In this document: positions 20,223 to 29,122 of the stretch, in pieces
Layout of the letters: every line of letters starts with the position of its first letter
How positions within the stretch are numbered: position 1 is the first letter of the stretch
Assembly (NCBI GenBank): GCA_049646645.1
Contig: JBARWF010000051.1
Coordinates: 18,227-82,226 of the forward strand
Length of the DNA stretch: 64,000 bases
Reading direction: 5' to 3'
Origin: Thermomicrobiales bacterium
GTDB taxonomy: Bacteria > Chloroflexota > Chloroflexia > Thermomicrobiales > UBA6265
The notes under the pieces: model-generated
The model's input: only the letters and a program-made list of their open reading frames with translations
The model's database searches: none
Told to the model about the DNA's origin: nothing
Made by a program: the position numbers and the translations under genes

Positions 20223-20711
20223 GTGGAATGGCTTCTATGGCTCGGTGGCGGCGGTTGCCGCGACGCTGATCGTGTCGCGCTGGCGCTCAATCCCAAGATC
20301 ATGAATACGCGGAGTCGGTCCGGTCTCATCGCCCTGGCGGGGCAGACCTTCCACAGCTTTTTGGTTGTCATGGTCCTCGCGCTGATCGCTCAGATCCCGG
20401 ATGACTCACGCTGAACGCTGGTGATTGCCCTGGTCTTCGTCGGAGTGTAGGGCATCGGCCGCTTACTCCTGGATATCCGACGCATCAGGACATCCGAGCC
20501 GGATCCGCATTGGAGTGGCCTGGCGGGACTGCGGCGCTTCGCGTCGCCGCTGGCCGCATATGGGATCACGCTCTGGGTTGCCTAGGCCTTTTGGCACCAG
20601 GACGACGATGGCGCCTTCGGCTGGATGGTGGCCGTCACTTTCCTGCTCATGATCGATGCCATCGGCAACTGTTGGGATCTGCTCAAGGAAATCGGCGCGG
20701 ACCCATCGTAA
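20223..20711 (+). pseudogene. Small membrane-protein gene with three in-frame stops
   Basis: One frame reads ..LALNPKIMNTRSRSGLIALAGQTFHSFLVVMVLALIAQIPDDSR*TLVIALVFVGV*GIGRLLLDIRRIRTSEPDPHWSGLAGLRRFASPLAAYGITLWVA*AFWHQDDDGAFGWMVAVTFLLMIDAIGNCWDLLKEIGADPS*. Stops at 20412 (TGA), 20448 (TAG) and 20583 (TAG); terminal TAA at 20709. 5' boundary uncertain. Confidence 0.45.
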
Positions 20712-20829
20712 CCCGGACCCAATCGACGCGGGCAGGCGGGATGTGAATGCGGGCAGCACGCGGGCCCTCCTTTCCTTCCGCTCCTCACCTCATTCGCGTC
20801 GTGCGCCGTCAGAGGTCATCGTCGTGCAC

Positions 20830-21204
20830 CTAGAGGGGGAAGTCGTAGCTTCTGTCCGCGGCATCCTCAAGATACCGGGCCAGCAAGGTCACGGTGGCCT
20901 CGACATCACGCTGGCTCGCCATTTCGTTGACGGTGTGGATGTAGCGGGCCGGGACCGAGAGCGTACAGACGGTGACGCCTGATCGCGTCCGCGGGATGAG
21001 CGATGCGTCGGTGCCACCCCGGTTCAGCACCTCCAATTGATAGGACAACCGGTGCTGAGCCGCGATGTCGCGCAGATGGCGGACCAGTCTCGGGTTGCCG
21101 AGCTGCGTGGTGTCCATTACCTTGATCGCCGGGCCCGCACCCAGCCGCGTCACTTCCTGTTGGGAAGCAAGAACCGGAATGTCATTGGCAATCGTCAAAC
21201 TGAT
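20830..21204 (-). pseudogene. C-terminal fragment of an M42-family (FrvX/glutamyl aminopeptidase-like) peptidase
   Basis: Only about 124 codons are recognisable (..LGAGPAIKVMD..YQLEVLNRGGTDAS..LSVPARYIHTVNEMASQRDVEATVTLL..). The N-terminal two-thirds are absent. It abuts the truncated binding-protein pseudogene. Confidence 0.6.
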
Positions 21205-22880
21205 CCTCATTCGTCGGCCATCCCGCCCAATAGGTGGTGTAGTAGATAAACGGGGCGATCGTCTGGAGGGTGGGGATGATCGGCAGGTTCTTGAGAGAGA
21301 TATCCAGCGCCTGATTAAAGACCGCCTTGCTGCTGGGGTCATCGGGATTGACCGTGCCCAGCTGATCGATGACTGCGTCAAGCTCGGGGATCCGGGTTCG
21401 CGTCTGGTTCCCCTGGTTCGCGGCCGTTCCGACCGGCTGGTAGTTGCGGGAATGGAAGTCATCGTAGAGCTGCCCGGGGTCGAACTGCATGCCGCAGATC
21501 CACTGGCTGCTGAGGTCGGACTCGCCGAGCGCCATGGCGTCGCTCCAGCCGGATTCGGCCAGGCCCTTGACCTGGACATCGATGCCGACCTACTTCGCCT
21601 CCGCGGCAAAGCTCTCGCCGATCTTGTACTCGGGGAGGGTCGTGGAGGCGGGGGTGATGCAAGTCAACTGGAGGGGCTTGCCGTTTAGAATGCGAACGTC
21701 CCCCTTCTTGGTCGCACCGATCTGATCGAGCAACGCTTCCGCCTTTGCCGGGTCAAAGGAAAAATCGCATTTTGTCCATGATCTTGGCCGGCGCGCAGGT
21801 CTTCCAGCCTTCATCGTCGGCCCAAGGGAACGTCGCCGGACGGGATTGCGGTTGCCAGATCACGTCGGCCATCGTCAGCCGGTCCATCAGGTAGGACATG
21901 GCCCAGCGGCCCTCGGGTGTTGCAAGGAGACCGGACGGAGAATCCGCGTTGAGATAGAAGCCCGCGGACAGGGATCGGCAAACGACTGACGCACGTTGTC
22001 ACTGGTCTGGGACGCAACGACTTCCTGATTGAGAAAGTCGAAGGCGCCGGCATCGAGATTACCGGAGAGGAACTCCTGAACCGCGGAGTCGACCGGGGCC
22101 TTCCGGACATACATCACGTACCTGCGGCGGAGGGGCAAGCACCGCCTTGTTCCAGTAGTTGGGGCTCTTTCCCACAGGTAATAGAGCTTGGAAGACGAGG
22201 ATTCCTTCAGCGTGTAAGCCCCGGTGTAGACGGGCGGATTGAAGGTGAAGGTGCCCGGATCCTCGTTCTCCCAGATGTGTTCCGCCCGTCTACAGTGGGA
22301 AAAGAACCCCAACTGAGTGAAAACGGGGTATGGCGTTCGTCAGGGTGAAGAGGACGGTCTGGGAATCGAGCGCCGTCACGGAGGCGATATCTCGCTGCAC
22401 GGCCGCCGCTCCGTTCAACGCCGGATTCTGCAACAGCAGGTTCTGTGAGAAGACGATGTCATCGGCGGTATAGGGCTGCCCGTCATTCCAGGTCACCCCT
22501 GATTTTATCTTGACGGTGCATTCCGTGAAGCCGTCATTGTACGTGTAGGAGTCGCCGATCCAGGGGGTGACCTCGCCGTTCAGTAAGTTGGCGTAGAAGA
22601 GGCATTCCCGACAGACCTCCGGGAGCCCGTAAAATTAGAGTTCGCCATTGGGAATAAACGGATTGAAGCTATCCCAGATATTGGTGGGGTCGGCCTCGAT
22701 GATCACGGTTTGTTCGCGCGGCGTCGGGATATTGGCCCCGTTCTGGTCCAGCATCGGTGGCGGGACGGAGGTCTCCGGGCTGGCGGCGGCCATCCGTTGC
22801 ATGCGCGCCAGCAATCCTGTCATGCCGATGGTTGCGCCCGCGACAAGTGAGCGGCGGGAGGTTCCGAGGTCTGTGGCCAT
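21182..22880 (-). pseudogene. Family-5 (peptide/nickel type) ABC substrate-binding protein, heavily disrupted
   Basis: Tat-signal N-terminus (MATDLGTSRRSLVAGATIG; AGGAG upstream of ATG 22880). Homologous pieces are spread over ORFs 22635..22964, 22290..22496, 21887..22312, 21590..21814 and 21182..21535. In-frame TAA at 22635 and TAG at 21590; frameshifts near 22300, about 21900 and about 21765. The C-terminus is deleted. Confidence 0.8.
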
Positions 22881-23706
22881 GGGAGGGTGCTCCTGGCTGC
22901 GCAAAGGAAGATGGCATTGGTGTGTGTACACCGCCACCGCATGTCTTTCGATAGCGTGTGGCAAGCGGTAAGGTGTCCCATGGTGTGCAAGCGAAGCCAG
23001 AGAGCACGGCGCTCGCCCTCAGCATCACGCACAAGCGACGGTCCCCATGGATCGTCGCTTGTGCTCTATCTCTTTGTTTGGCGTGGTGACTATCAGCCGA
23101 TCTGCTTGGATTGCTTGTCCTCGATCGCCGATCGCAGCTTGGCATTAGAATGAATTTCGGCCTTGACCTCCAAGCAGCCGGTCGCCGCAACTGCCTCTCG
23201 TTGACCGCGATTGGCCTTGTACAAGTCTGACGGGGAGGTTGGCCTTCGGGGATTCCGGCTGGGCCAACGCTGTCTCGCCGTCGCAGTCGCTTCAGTCACG
23301 GGAGAGAACAAGTGTGGGAAGTTGGCCAGGAGGTGAGTGGCCTTGTCATCAGTCACTTCGTAGTCGCCCTATCGCGCAAGCGGACATCCTCGCGCGAAAG
23401 AGGCTCCAAAGTTGCACGCGCGTGATGGAACCATACTGAGAAGATGAACCAGTTTGTTCCATTGCAAATTACGCGCAGGGAGCCGCACACGGTGAAGGCG
23501 GCCTTGGTCCCCCTATCGGTCGTTTGCGCGGAGTTCGCGTCAACTGTGACGATTATTGGTATTGGCGGCACCGGGTTCGTCCTTGGCATAGCCTGACGTC
23601 GCCCAATGACGGTTGCCTGCATAGCGCCGACGCAGGTGACCCCCCAGATTCGGGCCCGCATGTGCTGAGCATGAGTTCGAGTAAGGCGATGCTGGTCCGC
23701 TGCTAG

Positions 23707-23779
23707 TACCCCAGGCAGGACTCGAACCTGCGACCTACCGCTTAGAAGGCGGGCGCTCTCTCCGCTGAGCTACTGGGGC
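23707..23779 (-). tRNA. tRNA-Arg (anticodon TCT)
   Basis: Reverse complement GCCCCAGTAGCTCAGCGGAGAGAGCGCCCGCCTTCTAAGCGGTAGGTCGCAGGTTCGAGTCCTGCCTGGGGTA folds as a cloverleaf. Anticodon loop CTTCTAA, T-loop GGTTCGAGTCC. CCA not encoded. Confidence 0.9.
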
Positions 23780-23826
23780 GTATGCCGAGATCGATGGCTG
23801 TGCCGGCGTCGATTATACCGTAGTTG

Positions 23827-24222
23827 TCAGGATACCCCGGAGGACGAGGCGTCGGGCTCCGGAGCCCGGCGTGTCGCTTGGGCCGCCTGTTGCCGGCGCT
23901 TGCGCAACTCCTGATAGAACTCACCCATCGCCTTACCCAGATTCTCGCCCGCCGCATCCATCGTCACCATCGTGACACCCGGCTTGCCGACATCGGCACG
24001 AGCGGCAATCTCGCCGGTGACGCGAGGGAGGATGCCCTCGCGGCCACCCATGACGAAGACCTGGTTCGGGCGTCCGGTGCGCGCGGCGCGATAGCCCCGC
24101 TCCTTGAAGAACTCGATTGCGAGATCGAGCACCTGCGCGGCTGGCAACCGTGAGACGGCCTTTCGCTGGAAGGCCGTCCGCTTCATCTCCTCGTCGAATA
24201 GCTGCCGGTTCATCTCCGTCAC
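23827..24222 (-). CDS. Hypothetical protein
   Basis: 131-aa ORF with plausible composition, 11 nt upstream of the next minus-strand gene. No recognisable motif. Confidence 0.55.
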   Translation of the reverse strand: MTEMNRQLFDEEMKRTAFQRKAVSRLPAAQVLDLAIEFFKERGYRAARTGRPNQVFVMGGREGILPRVTGEIAARADVGKPGVTMVTMDAAGENLGKAMGEFYQELRKRRQQAAQATRRAPEPDASSSGVS

Positions 24223-24233
24223 GTCGCTTTTCC

Positions 24234-24920
24234 TCAGAACTCCCGGGAGTCGCCGGGCTTCATCACGACAACCTTCGAATCGGTTCGGCTCTCAACATCC
24301 TGTTTGAACGCGCCCGCGTCCTGCTGGATGGGCGGGAAGGTGTTGTAGTGGCAGGGGATGACCGTCCTGGCCTTCAGCAGCGTTGCGGCGCGGGCGGCGT
24401 CCTTGGGACCCATCGTGAAGTGATCGCCGATCGGAATCACGGCGATGTCAAGCCCTTCCTCGCCGATGAGCTGCATATCAAGGAAGAGATTGGTATCGCC
24501 CGCGAAATACGTCGTGAGGCCGCCGAAGCGGACGACATACCCGGCCGGCACACCGGGCGCGACGACACCGCTCTCGGTTGAGTAGGAGGAGGTGTGCCAG
24601 GCGGGGACGAACTTGGCGCTGCCGCCCGGGAACTGGATGGTCCCGCCGAAGTTGCCGCCGATCGTCTTCTCCACGCCCTGGGAACCGATCCAGTTGGCGA
24701 GCTCGAAGGTCGCGATCACGGTCGCGTTGCAACGCTTGGCGATGGCAACGGTGTCCCCGACATGGTCGTTGTGGGCGTGGGTCAGGAGGATGGTATCGGC
24801 GTTGACCGTGTCTGCCGAGACGTGCGCCGCCGGATCTCCAGTAATGAACGGGTCGATCAGGACGGCCTGTCCATCTGCCTCAAGCCCGAACGCTGAATGC
24901 CCGTAGTACGTAACCTTCAC
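24234..24920 (-). CDS. UPF0173-type metal-dependent hydrolase (metallo-beta-lactamase fold)
   Basis: VKVTYYGHSAF N-terminus and HAHNDHVGD (HxHxDH) motif. GTG start at 24920 preceded by GAAGGAG; the ORF extends spuriously to 25247. Confidence 0.85.
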   Translation of the reverse strand: MKVTYYGHSAFGLEADGQAVLIDPFITGDPAAHVSADTVNADTILLTHAHNDHVGDTVAIAKRCNATVIATFELANWIGSQGVEKTIGGNFGGTIQFPGGSAKFVPAWHTSSYSTESGVVAPGVPAGYVVRFGGLTTYFAGDTNLFLDMQLIGEEGLDIAVIPIGDHFTMGPKDAARAATLLKARTVIPCHYNTFPPIQQDAGAFKQDVESRTDSKVVVMKPGDSREF

Positions 24921-25024
24921 TTCTCGCTCCTTCTCGAAGATCGAGGCTGATCCCTTTGCTGAGCGTCGCCTGCAAGATTCGTGCACGCTCTCGCCGTCGT
25001 GGGTGAGCATGCGGTGCACGTGGA

Positions 25025-26620
25025 TCAGCGCGCGTGCACGACCTTGCCACCGGCGACGGTGTAGTCGACCTGCACGCCGTGCAATGCGGTTGGCTCGACC
25101 GTGCGCAGATCCGTCTCGAAGATCGTGAGATCGCCAAGCATGCCCGGTTTGAGTGATCCCTTGATGGTCTCCTCGTGCGAGGCGTAGGCGGCGTTCCAGG
25201 TGTAGGCTCTGATCGCTTCCTCGACTGTGATCCGCTCTTCGGCCCACGCCTCCACGCCAAGCCGGTCGAGGCGAGTGACCATCGTCTCGATCCCCAGCAG
25301 AGGATTGACGGGTACGACCGGCGCATCGGTGCTGGCCGCCGCGATGATGCCGCGGTCGGCGAAGGTCCGCATCGCGTAGGCGTAACGGTAGCGGTCGCGC
25401 CCGAGATTCTGCTCGTAGACCGGCCGGGTGTAATGGAGGAACGTGGTGCCGGGAATCGGGATCACGCCCTCCGAGGCGATGCGGTCGATCAGGGCCTCGT
25501 CCACGATGGAGCAGTGCTCGATCCGGTGACGAGCGTCGGGGCGGGGAAGGGCGGCCTGTGCCTCGGCGTAGGCATCGAGGATCAGCTCGATCGCGGCATC
25601 GCCGATGGCGTGGATGCCGATCTGGAATCCCGCCTTGTGCGCTCGCAGCACCTTCGCCTTGGCCTCGGCGGGCGGGATCATCCAGATGCCCACGTTGTCG
25701 GGCTCTCCCTCATACGGCTGCCGCATGCGGGCGGTCCGACCGCCGATCGAGCCGTCAGAGAAGAGCTTTGCGTTGCCGATACGCAGCCACTCGTCCCCGA
25801 ATCCGCTCTGGATCCCCAGGGAGATCATCTCGTCGAGCGTCTCATCGATGATCATCATGAGGTAGGTGCGTAGGGGCAACTCGCCGTTCCGGGCGAGCCG
25901 CTGGTAGGCGCGGAGTTGCTCCGGGGCTCGGATGCCAGCCTCGGCGACACTGGTGACGCCATTGCGGCGGAACTCGTTGCCGCCGGCAACGATCGCCTGC
26001 GCGATCTCCTCCTCCGTCGGCTCGGCCTTGGCCCGCGTGACGAGATCAGTGGCCGCCTCGCGGAGTACTCCCGTTGGCTCGCCGTGCTTGTCGCGGTCGA
26101 TCCGGCCGTCGCCGGGATCGGGTGTCGTGGCATCGACACCGCCCGCCCGCAACGCGGCCGAGTTGGCCACCATGATGTGATGGCAGGATCGCCACAGGAC
26201 CACCGGATTGTCGGGTGCGACCGCGTCCAGATCCTGCCGCGTCGGGTGGCGCTGCTCCGCGAGCGACGCCTGGTCGTAGCCCTGCCCCACAATCCAGGTG
26301 CCGGGAGCCGCCGAGGCGACAGCGGCGCTCACCTTGTCCTGGATGGTGCGGATCGATGGGGTCGATTCGGCGAAGAGGTCGATCTCGCTCAGGGCGAACC
26401 CGGTCATCATGACGTGGCAATGCGCGTCGTAGAGCCCTGGAGTCGCCATCCGGCCGCGCAGGTTGATCTCTTCGGAGACCGAACCCAGTGCCAGGGCGAC
26501 ATCCGCGGTCGAGCCCACGGCCACGACCTTACCGAGCTCAAATCCCACCGCCTCGACTTCCGGGTGCTCCGGGTCCATCGTCAGAATCGGTCCGCCGTGG
26601 ACCAGCAGACGGTCAATCAT
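25025..26620 (-). CDS. Amidohydrolase-family metallo-hydrolase (YtcJ/amidohydrolase-3-like)
   Basis: 531-aa ORF. PGLYDAHCHV metal-binding HxH motif and IGIHAIGD. Confidence 0.9.
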   Translation of the reverse strand: MIDRLLVHGGPILTMDPEHPEVEAVGFELGKVVAVGSTADVALALGSVSEEINLRGRMATPGLYDAHCHVMMTGFALSEIDLFAESTPSIRTIQDKVSAAVASAAPGTWIVGQGYDQASLAEQRHPTRQDLDAVAPDNPVVLWRSCHHIMVANSAALRAGGVDATTPDPGDGRIDRDKHGEPTGVLREAATDLVTRAKAEPTEEEIAQAIVAGGNEFRRNGVTSVAEAGIRAPEQLRAYQRLARNGELPLRTYLMMIIDETLDEMISLGIQSGFGDEWLRIGNAKLFSDGSIGGRTARMRQPYEGEPDNVGIWMIPPAEAKAKVLRAHKAGFQIGIHAIGDAAIELILDAYAEAQAALPRPDARHRIEHCSIVDEALIDRIASEGVIPIPGTTFLHYTRPVYEQNLGRDRYRYAYAMRTFADRGIIAAASTDAPVVPVNPLLGIETMVTRLDRLGVEAWAEERITVEEAIRAYTWNAAYASHEETIKGSLKPGMLGDLTIFETDLRTVEPTALHGVQVDYTVAGGKVVHAR

Positions 26621-26625
26621 CGCGC

Positions 26626-27435
26626 TTACTTCGCCTCCGAAGGGTCAGTCTGTCGTCGGACCCACCATTCCGCTAGCTCAGTTGCACGGGGCATCCAGAC
26701 ATCCCCGCTGCCGATCGCCTCATCCAGGAACCGGACGATCGTTTCCGCGAATCCGGGCCGACCGGAGATGTGCGGGTGAATGACGAGGGTCATGAGCCCG
26801 TTAAGCGTGCGGATCGACTGCAACCCGGTCGAGATCGTCTCGAGGAACGACGACGGCGGCTGCGGTGACAGCGGATTGAGCCAGACCGCATCGTTCCAAT
26901 ACGGTGAGGTCGGGATCGTGACGAGGGCGGAGTCCGCTGCCGGTCCGCTCAGCACTGGCACGTCGCCGCCATGACGGGAGAGGTTCCAGCGGAAATCCCC
27001 GTATCGATCGGTCACTTCCGCGGCAGGCTCCGCCGGAGTGCCCGATGGCTCCACCAGCTCGACGAGGCCAGTGATATCGGCGCCGGAGAGCCGACTCGCC
27101 GTGGCGGCGAGTTCTGCGATGCCCGCCGGGTGCTGTCCGGTCGTGCTGATCGCGATCTCATGGCCGTGGTCGGCGGTCGCGCGGACCAGTTGCGGCGAGG
27201 TCTCGAGCCCGGCGCTGGTCCAGGCGGTGGTGGCCGAGATATCCAGGTCGGCGAACGCGGTGAGGAGCCGCTGCAATCCGGTCGCCAGATAGTCGGAACC
27301 GGTCAGGAACGACCGGTCGATCCCACTGGCGGCATCGGCGGCGGCGGGAATGTGCAGTACGGTGAGCAGCGCGGCCCGGTGACCGCCGGGCCAGAGATCC
27401 TGGGTAGTCATCGAGGGAGGTGGTGGGGCAGACAT
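26626..27435 (-). CDS. Polysaccharide deacetylase-like (NodB-homology/PuuE-like) protein
   Basis: 269-aa ORF. GHEIA.. and ..LVIHPHISGRPG.. resemble the divergent NodB-fold family. Assigned by eye only. Confidence 0.65.
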   Translation of the reverse strand: MSAPPPPSMTTQDLWPGGHRAALLTVLHIPAAADAASGIDRSFLTGSDYLATGLQRLLTAFADLDISATTAWTSAGLETSPQLVRATADHGHEIAISTTGQHPAGIAELAATASRLSGADITGLVELVEPSGTPAEPAAEVTDRYGDFRWNLSRHGGDVPVLSGPAADSALVTIPTSPYWNDAVWLNPLSPQPPSSFLETISTGLQSIRTLNGLMTLVIHPHISGRPGFAETIVRFLDEAIGSGDVWMPRATELAEWWVRRQTDPSEAK

Positions 27436-27706
27436 CTCGCTTGTTCCTTTTTGTGCGATTCGTCATCTTGATCGCGAGGGTACGGGCGCTTGTGATCGAA
27501 AGCGCCCCTGGTTCATGCCATGACCGTACCACGCGATCCAGATTGCGCGCGACACGCGGGGCAGGTGGCAGGGGCCCTCTGCGGAGTGACGATATCCACT
27601 TCGGGAGCTTGTCCACGCCATATTGTCATTCTGACTGAGGGAATGAGGCGCTCCGTTCAGGATGACGTGTTGTAGGCCGATTCGGTCTACTGAAGTCGGC
27701 GCCCCG

Positions 27707-28915
27707 TCAATGTGCCGTGGCGGCGGTCAGGGCGCGGTCCAGGTCCGCGATGATGTCCTCCACCGCCTCGATCCCGACCGAGATCCGGACGAGGTTGTCG
27801 GCGATGCCGATCGCGGCGCGTTCTTCCGGGCTCAGGCCGCGATGGGACGACATCGCAGGATAGAGCGCGAGCGAATAGACGTCGCCGAGCGTTGTGGCCG
27901 ACTGAATGAGCTCCAGGCTGTCGAGAAAGCGAGAGACATCAGCCTTTCCGGCACCGTTGATCTCGAACGAGAGCATCGCCCCGCGCCAGGCGTTGGTGAA
28001 CTGGCTTTCGGGGATCGTTGCGTTCAATCCGGGATAGTAGATCCGGTCGACCCGGGGATCGTTGGTGAGCCAGGAGACGACCGCCGCGGCGTTCTCGCTG
28101 TGCTGCCGCATGCGCACGGCAAGGGTCTTGATCCCGCGCAGCGTGAGCCAGGAATCGAACGGCCCGGCCATTGCGCCCGAGATCCGTGCCTGCTCGCGTA
28201 TGATCGGCGCGATCTCGGCGTTGGTCGCGATCACACCGCCGGTGGTGTCGCCATGCCCGGCGAGGAACTTCGTGGTCGAGTGGACCACCATGTCGGCGCC
28301 AAGGGTCGCGGGCCGCATCAGGACCGGCGAGGCGAAGGTGTTGTCGACGATCAGCAGGGCGTTGACTTCACGGGCGATCCCCGCCAGCGAGGCGATATCG
28401 GCAACGCGGATCAGCGGATTCGAGATGCTCTCCAGGATGATCGCGGCGGGTCGCGTCTCATGCGCGGCCCTTGCGACGGCATCGAGATCGAGGATGTCAA
28501 CGAAGGTATGTGTGACGCCGTAGCGCTGGAAGTGCGTGCGCAGGGTGCCAACTGTTGCCCCGTAGATATCGCGCGAGGCGAGGATGTGGGAGCCTGGCTC
28601 CGCGGCGTAGGTCAGCGCCGCGTTGATCGCCGCCATGCCCGAGGGGTAGGCGATGGCCGCGTCCGTCTCTTCCAGCGCCGCGATGGCCGCCTCGAACGCG
28701 CGCGTGTTGGGGCTGCCGTGGCGGGAATAGACGTACGACGTTGCGCTGTTGTCGAAGGCGTCGTCGAGTTCATCCGTTGTCTCATAGCTGTATGAGGTGC
28801 TGAGATGCAGCGGATTTGCCGTGGGGCGGGCGGAGCCGGTGTCGAGCCGCTCGCCGGCGTGAACCGCGCGGGTTGCAGGGTGGAGAACGCCGAGATCCAG
28901 TGGCTGATCACTCAT
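27707..28915 (-). CDS. Cys/Met-metabolism PLP-dependent enzyme (methionine gamma-lyase / cystathionine gamma-synthase family)
   Basis: 402-aa ORF. PLP-lysine motif STTKFLAGHGD and SISNPL motif. Confidence 0.9.
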   Translation of the reverse strand: MSDQPLDLGVLHPATRAVHAGERLDTGSARPTANPLHLSTSYSYETTDELDDAFDNSATSYVYSRHGSPNTRAFEAAIAALEETDAAIAYPSGMAAINAALTYAAEPGSHILASRDIYGATVGTLRTHFQRYGVTHTFVDILDLDAVARAAHETRPAAIILESISNPLIRVADIASLAGIAREVNALLIVDNTFASPVLMRPATLGADMVVHSTTKFLAGHGDTTGGVIATNAEIAPIIREQARISGAMAGPFDSWLTLRGIKTLAVRMRQHSENAAAVVSWLTNDPRVDRIYYPGLNATIPESQFTNAWRGAMLSFEINGAGKADVSRFLDSLELIQSATTLGDVYSLALYPAMSSHRGLSPEERAAIGIADNLVRISVGIEAVEDIIADLDRALTAATAH

Positions 28916-29122
28916 TCTGTCGTGGTCCGTTCAATTGGTGCATGCATCAGGTGCAAGCGGTTCCGCGCCGCCGTGCTGGGTGGAGTCTAGATTGCCATCT
29001 AGGGAGCGTCAACGAAGGGCGAATGCCGCATTGACACGGTGCCGGGGCGAGTCCTACGGTTCTCCGGAGTGGTGATGAGGCTTGGTCCGGACATGTTCCG
29101 GGCTGCACGAAACGGGAGAATC

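Noticed and set aside
23093-23661. Possible integrase or antitoxin remnant next to tRNA-Arg (ORFs 23093..23356 and 23353..23661)
   Set aside because: I could not find tyrosine-recombinase motifs (R..HxxR..Y) or any family signature. A weak resemblance (..LEPLSREDVRLRD..) is not enough.
27662-28795. 377-aa plus-strand ORF. Similar cases: 30556..31782 (-), 31958..32911 (-), 37991..38974 (-), 43597..44835 (-), 52738..53871 (+), 58829..59965 (-), 60625..61413 (-)
   Set aside because: All are antisense shadows of genes with strong family motifs, and none has a recognisable motif of its own.
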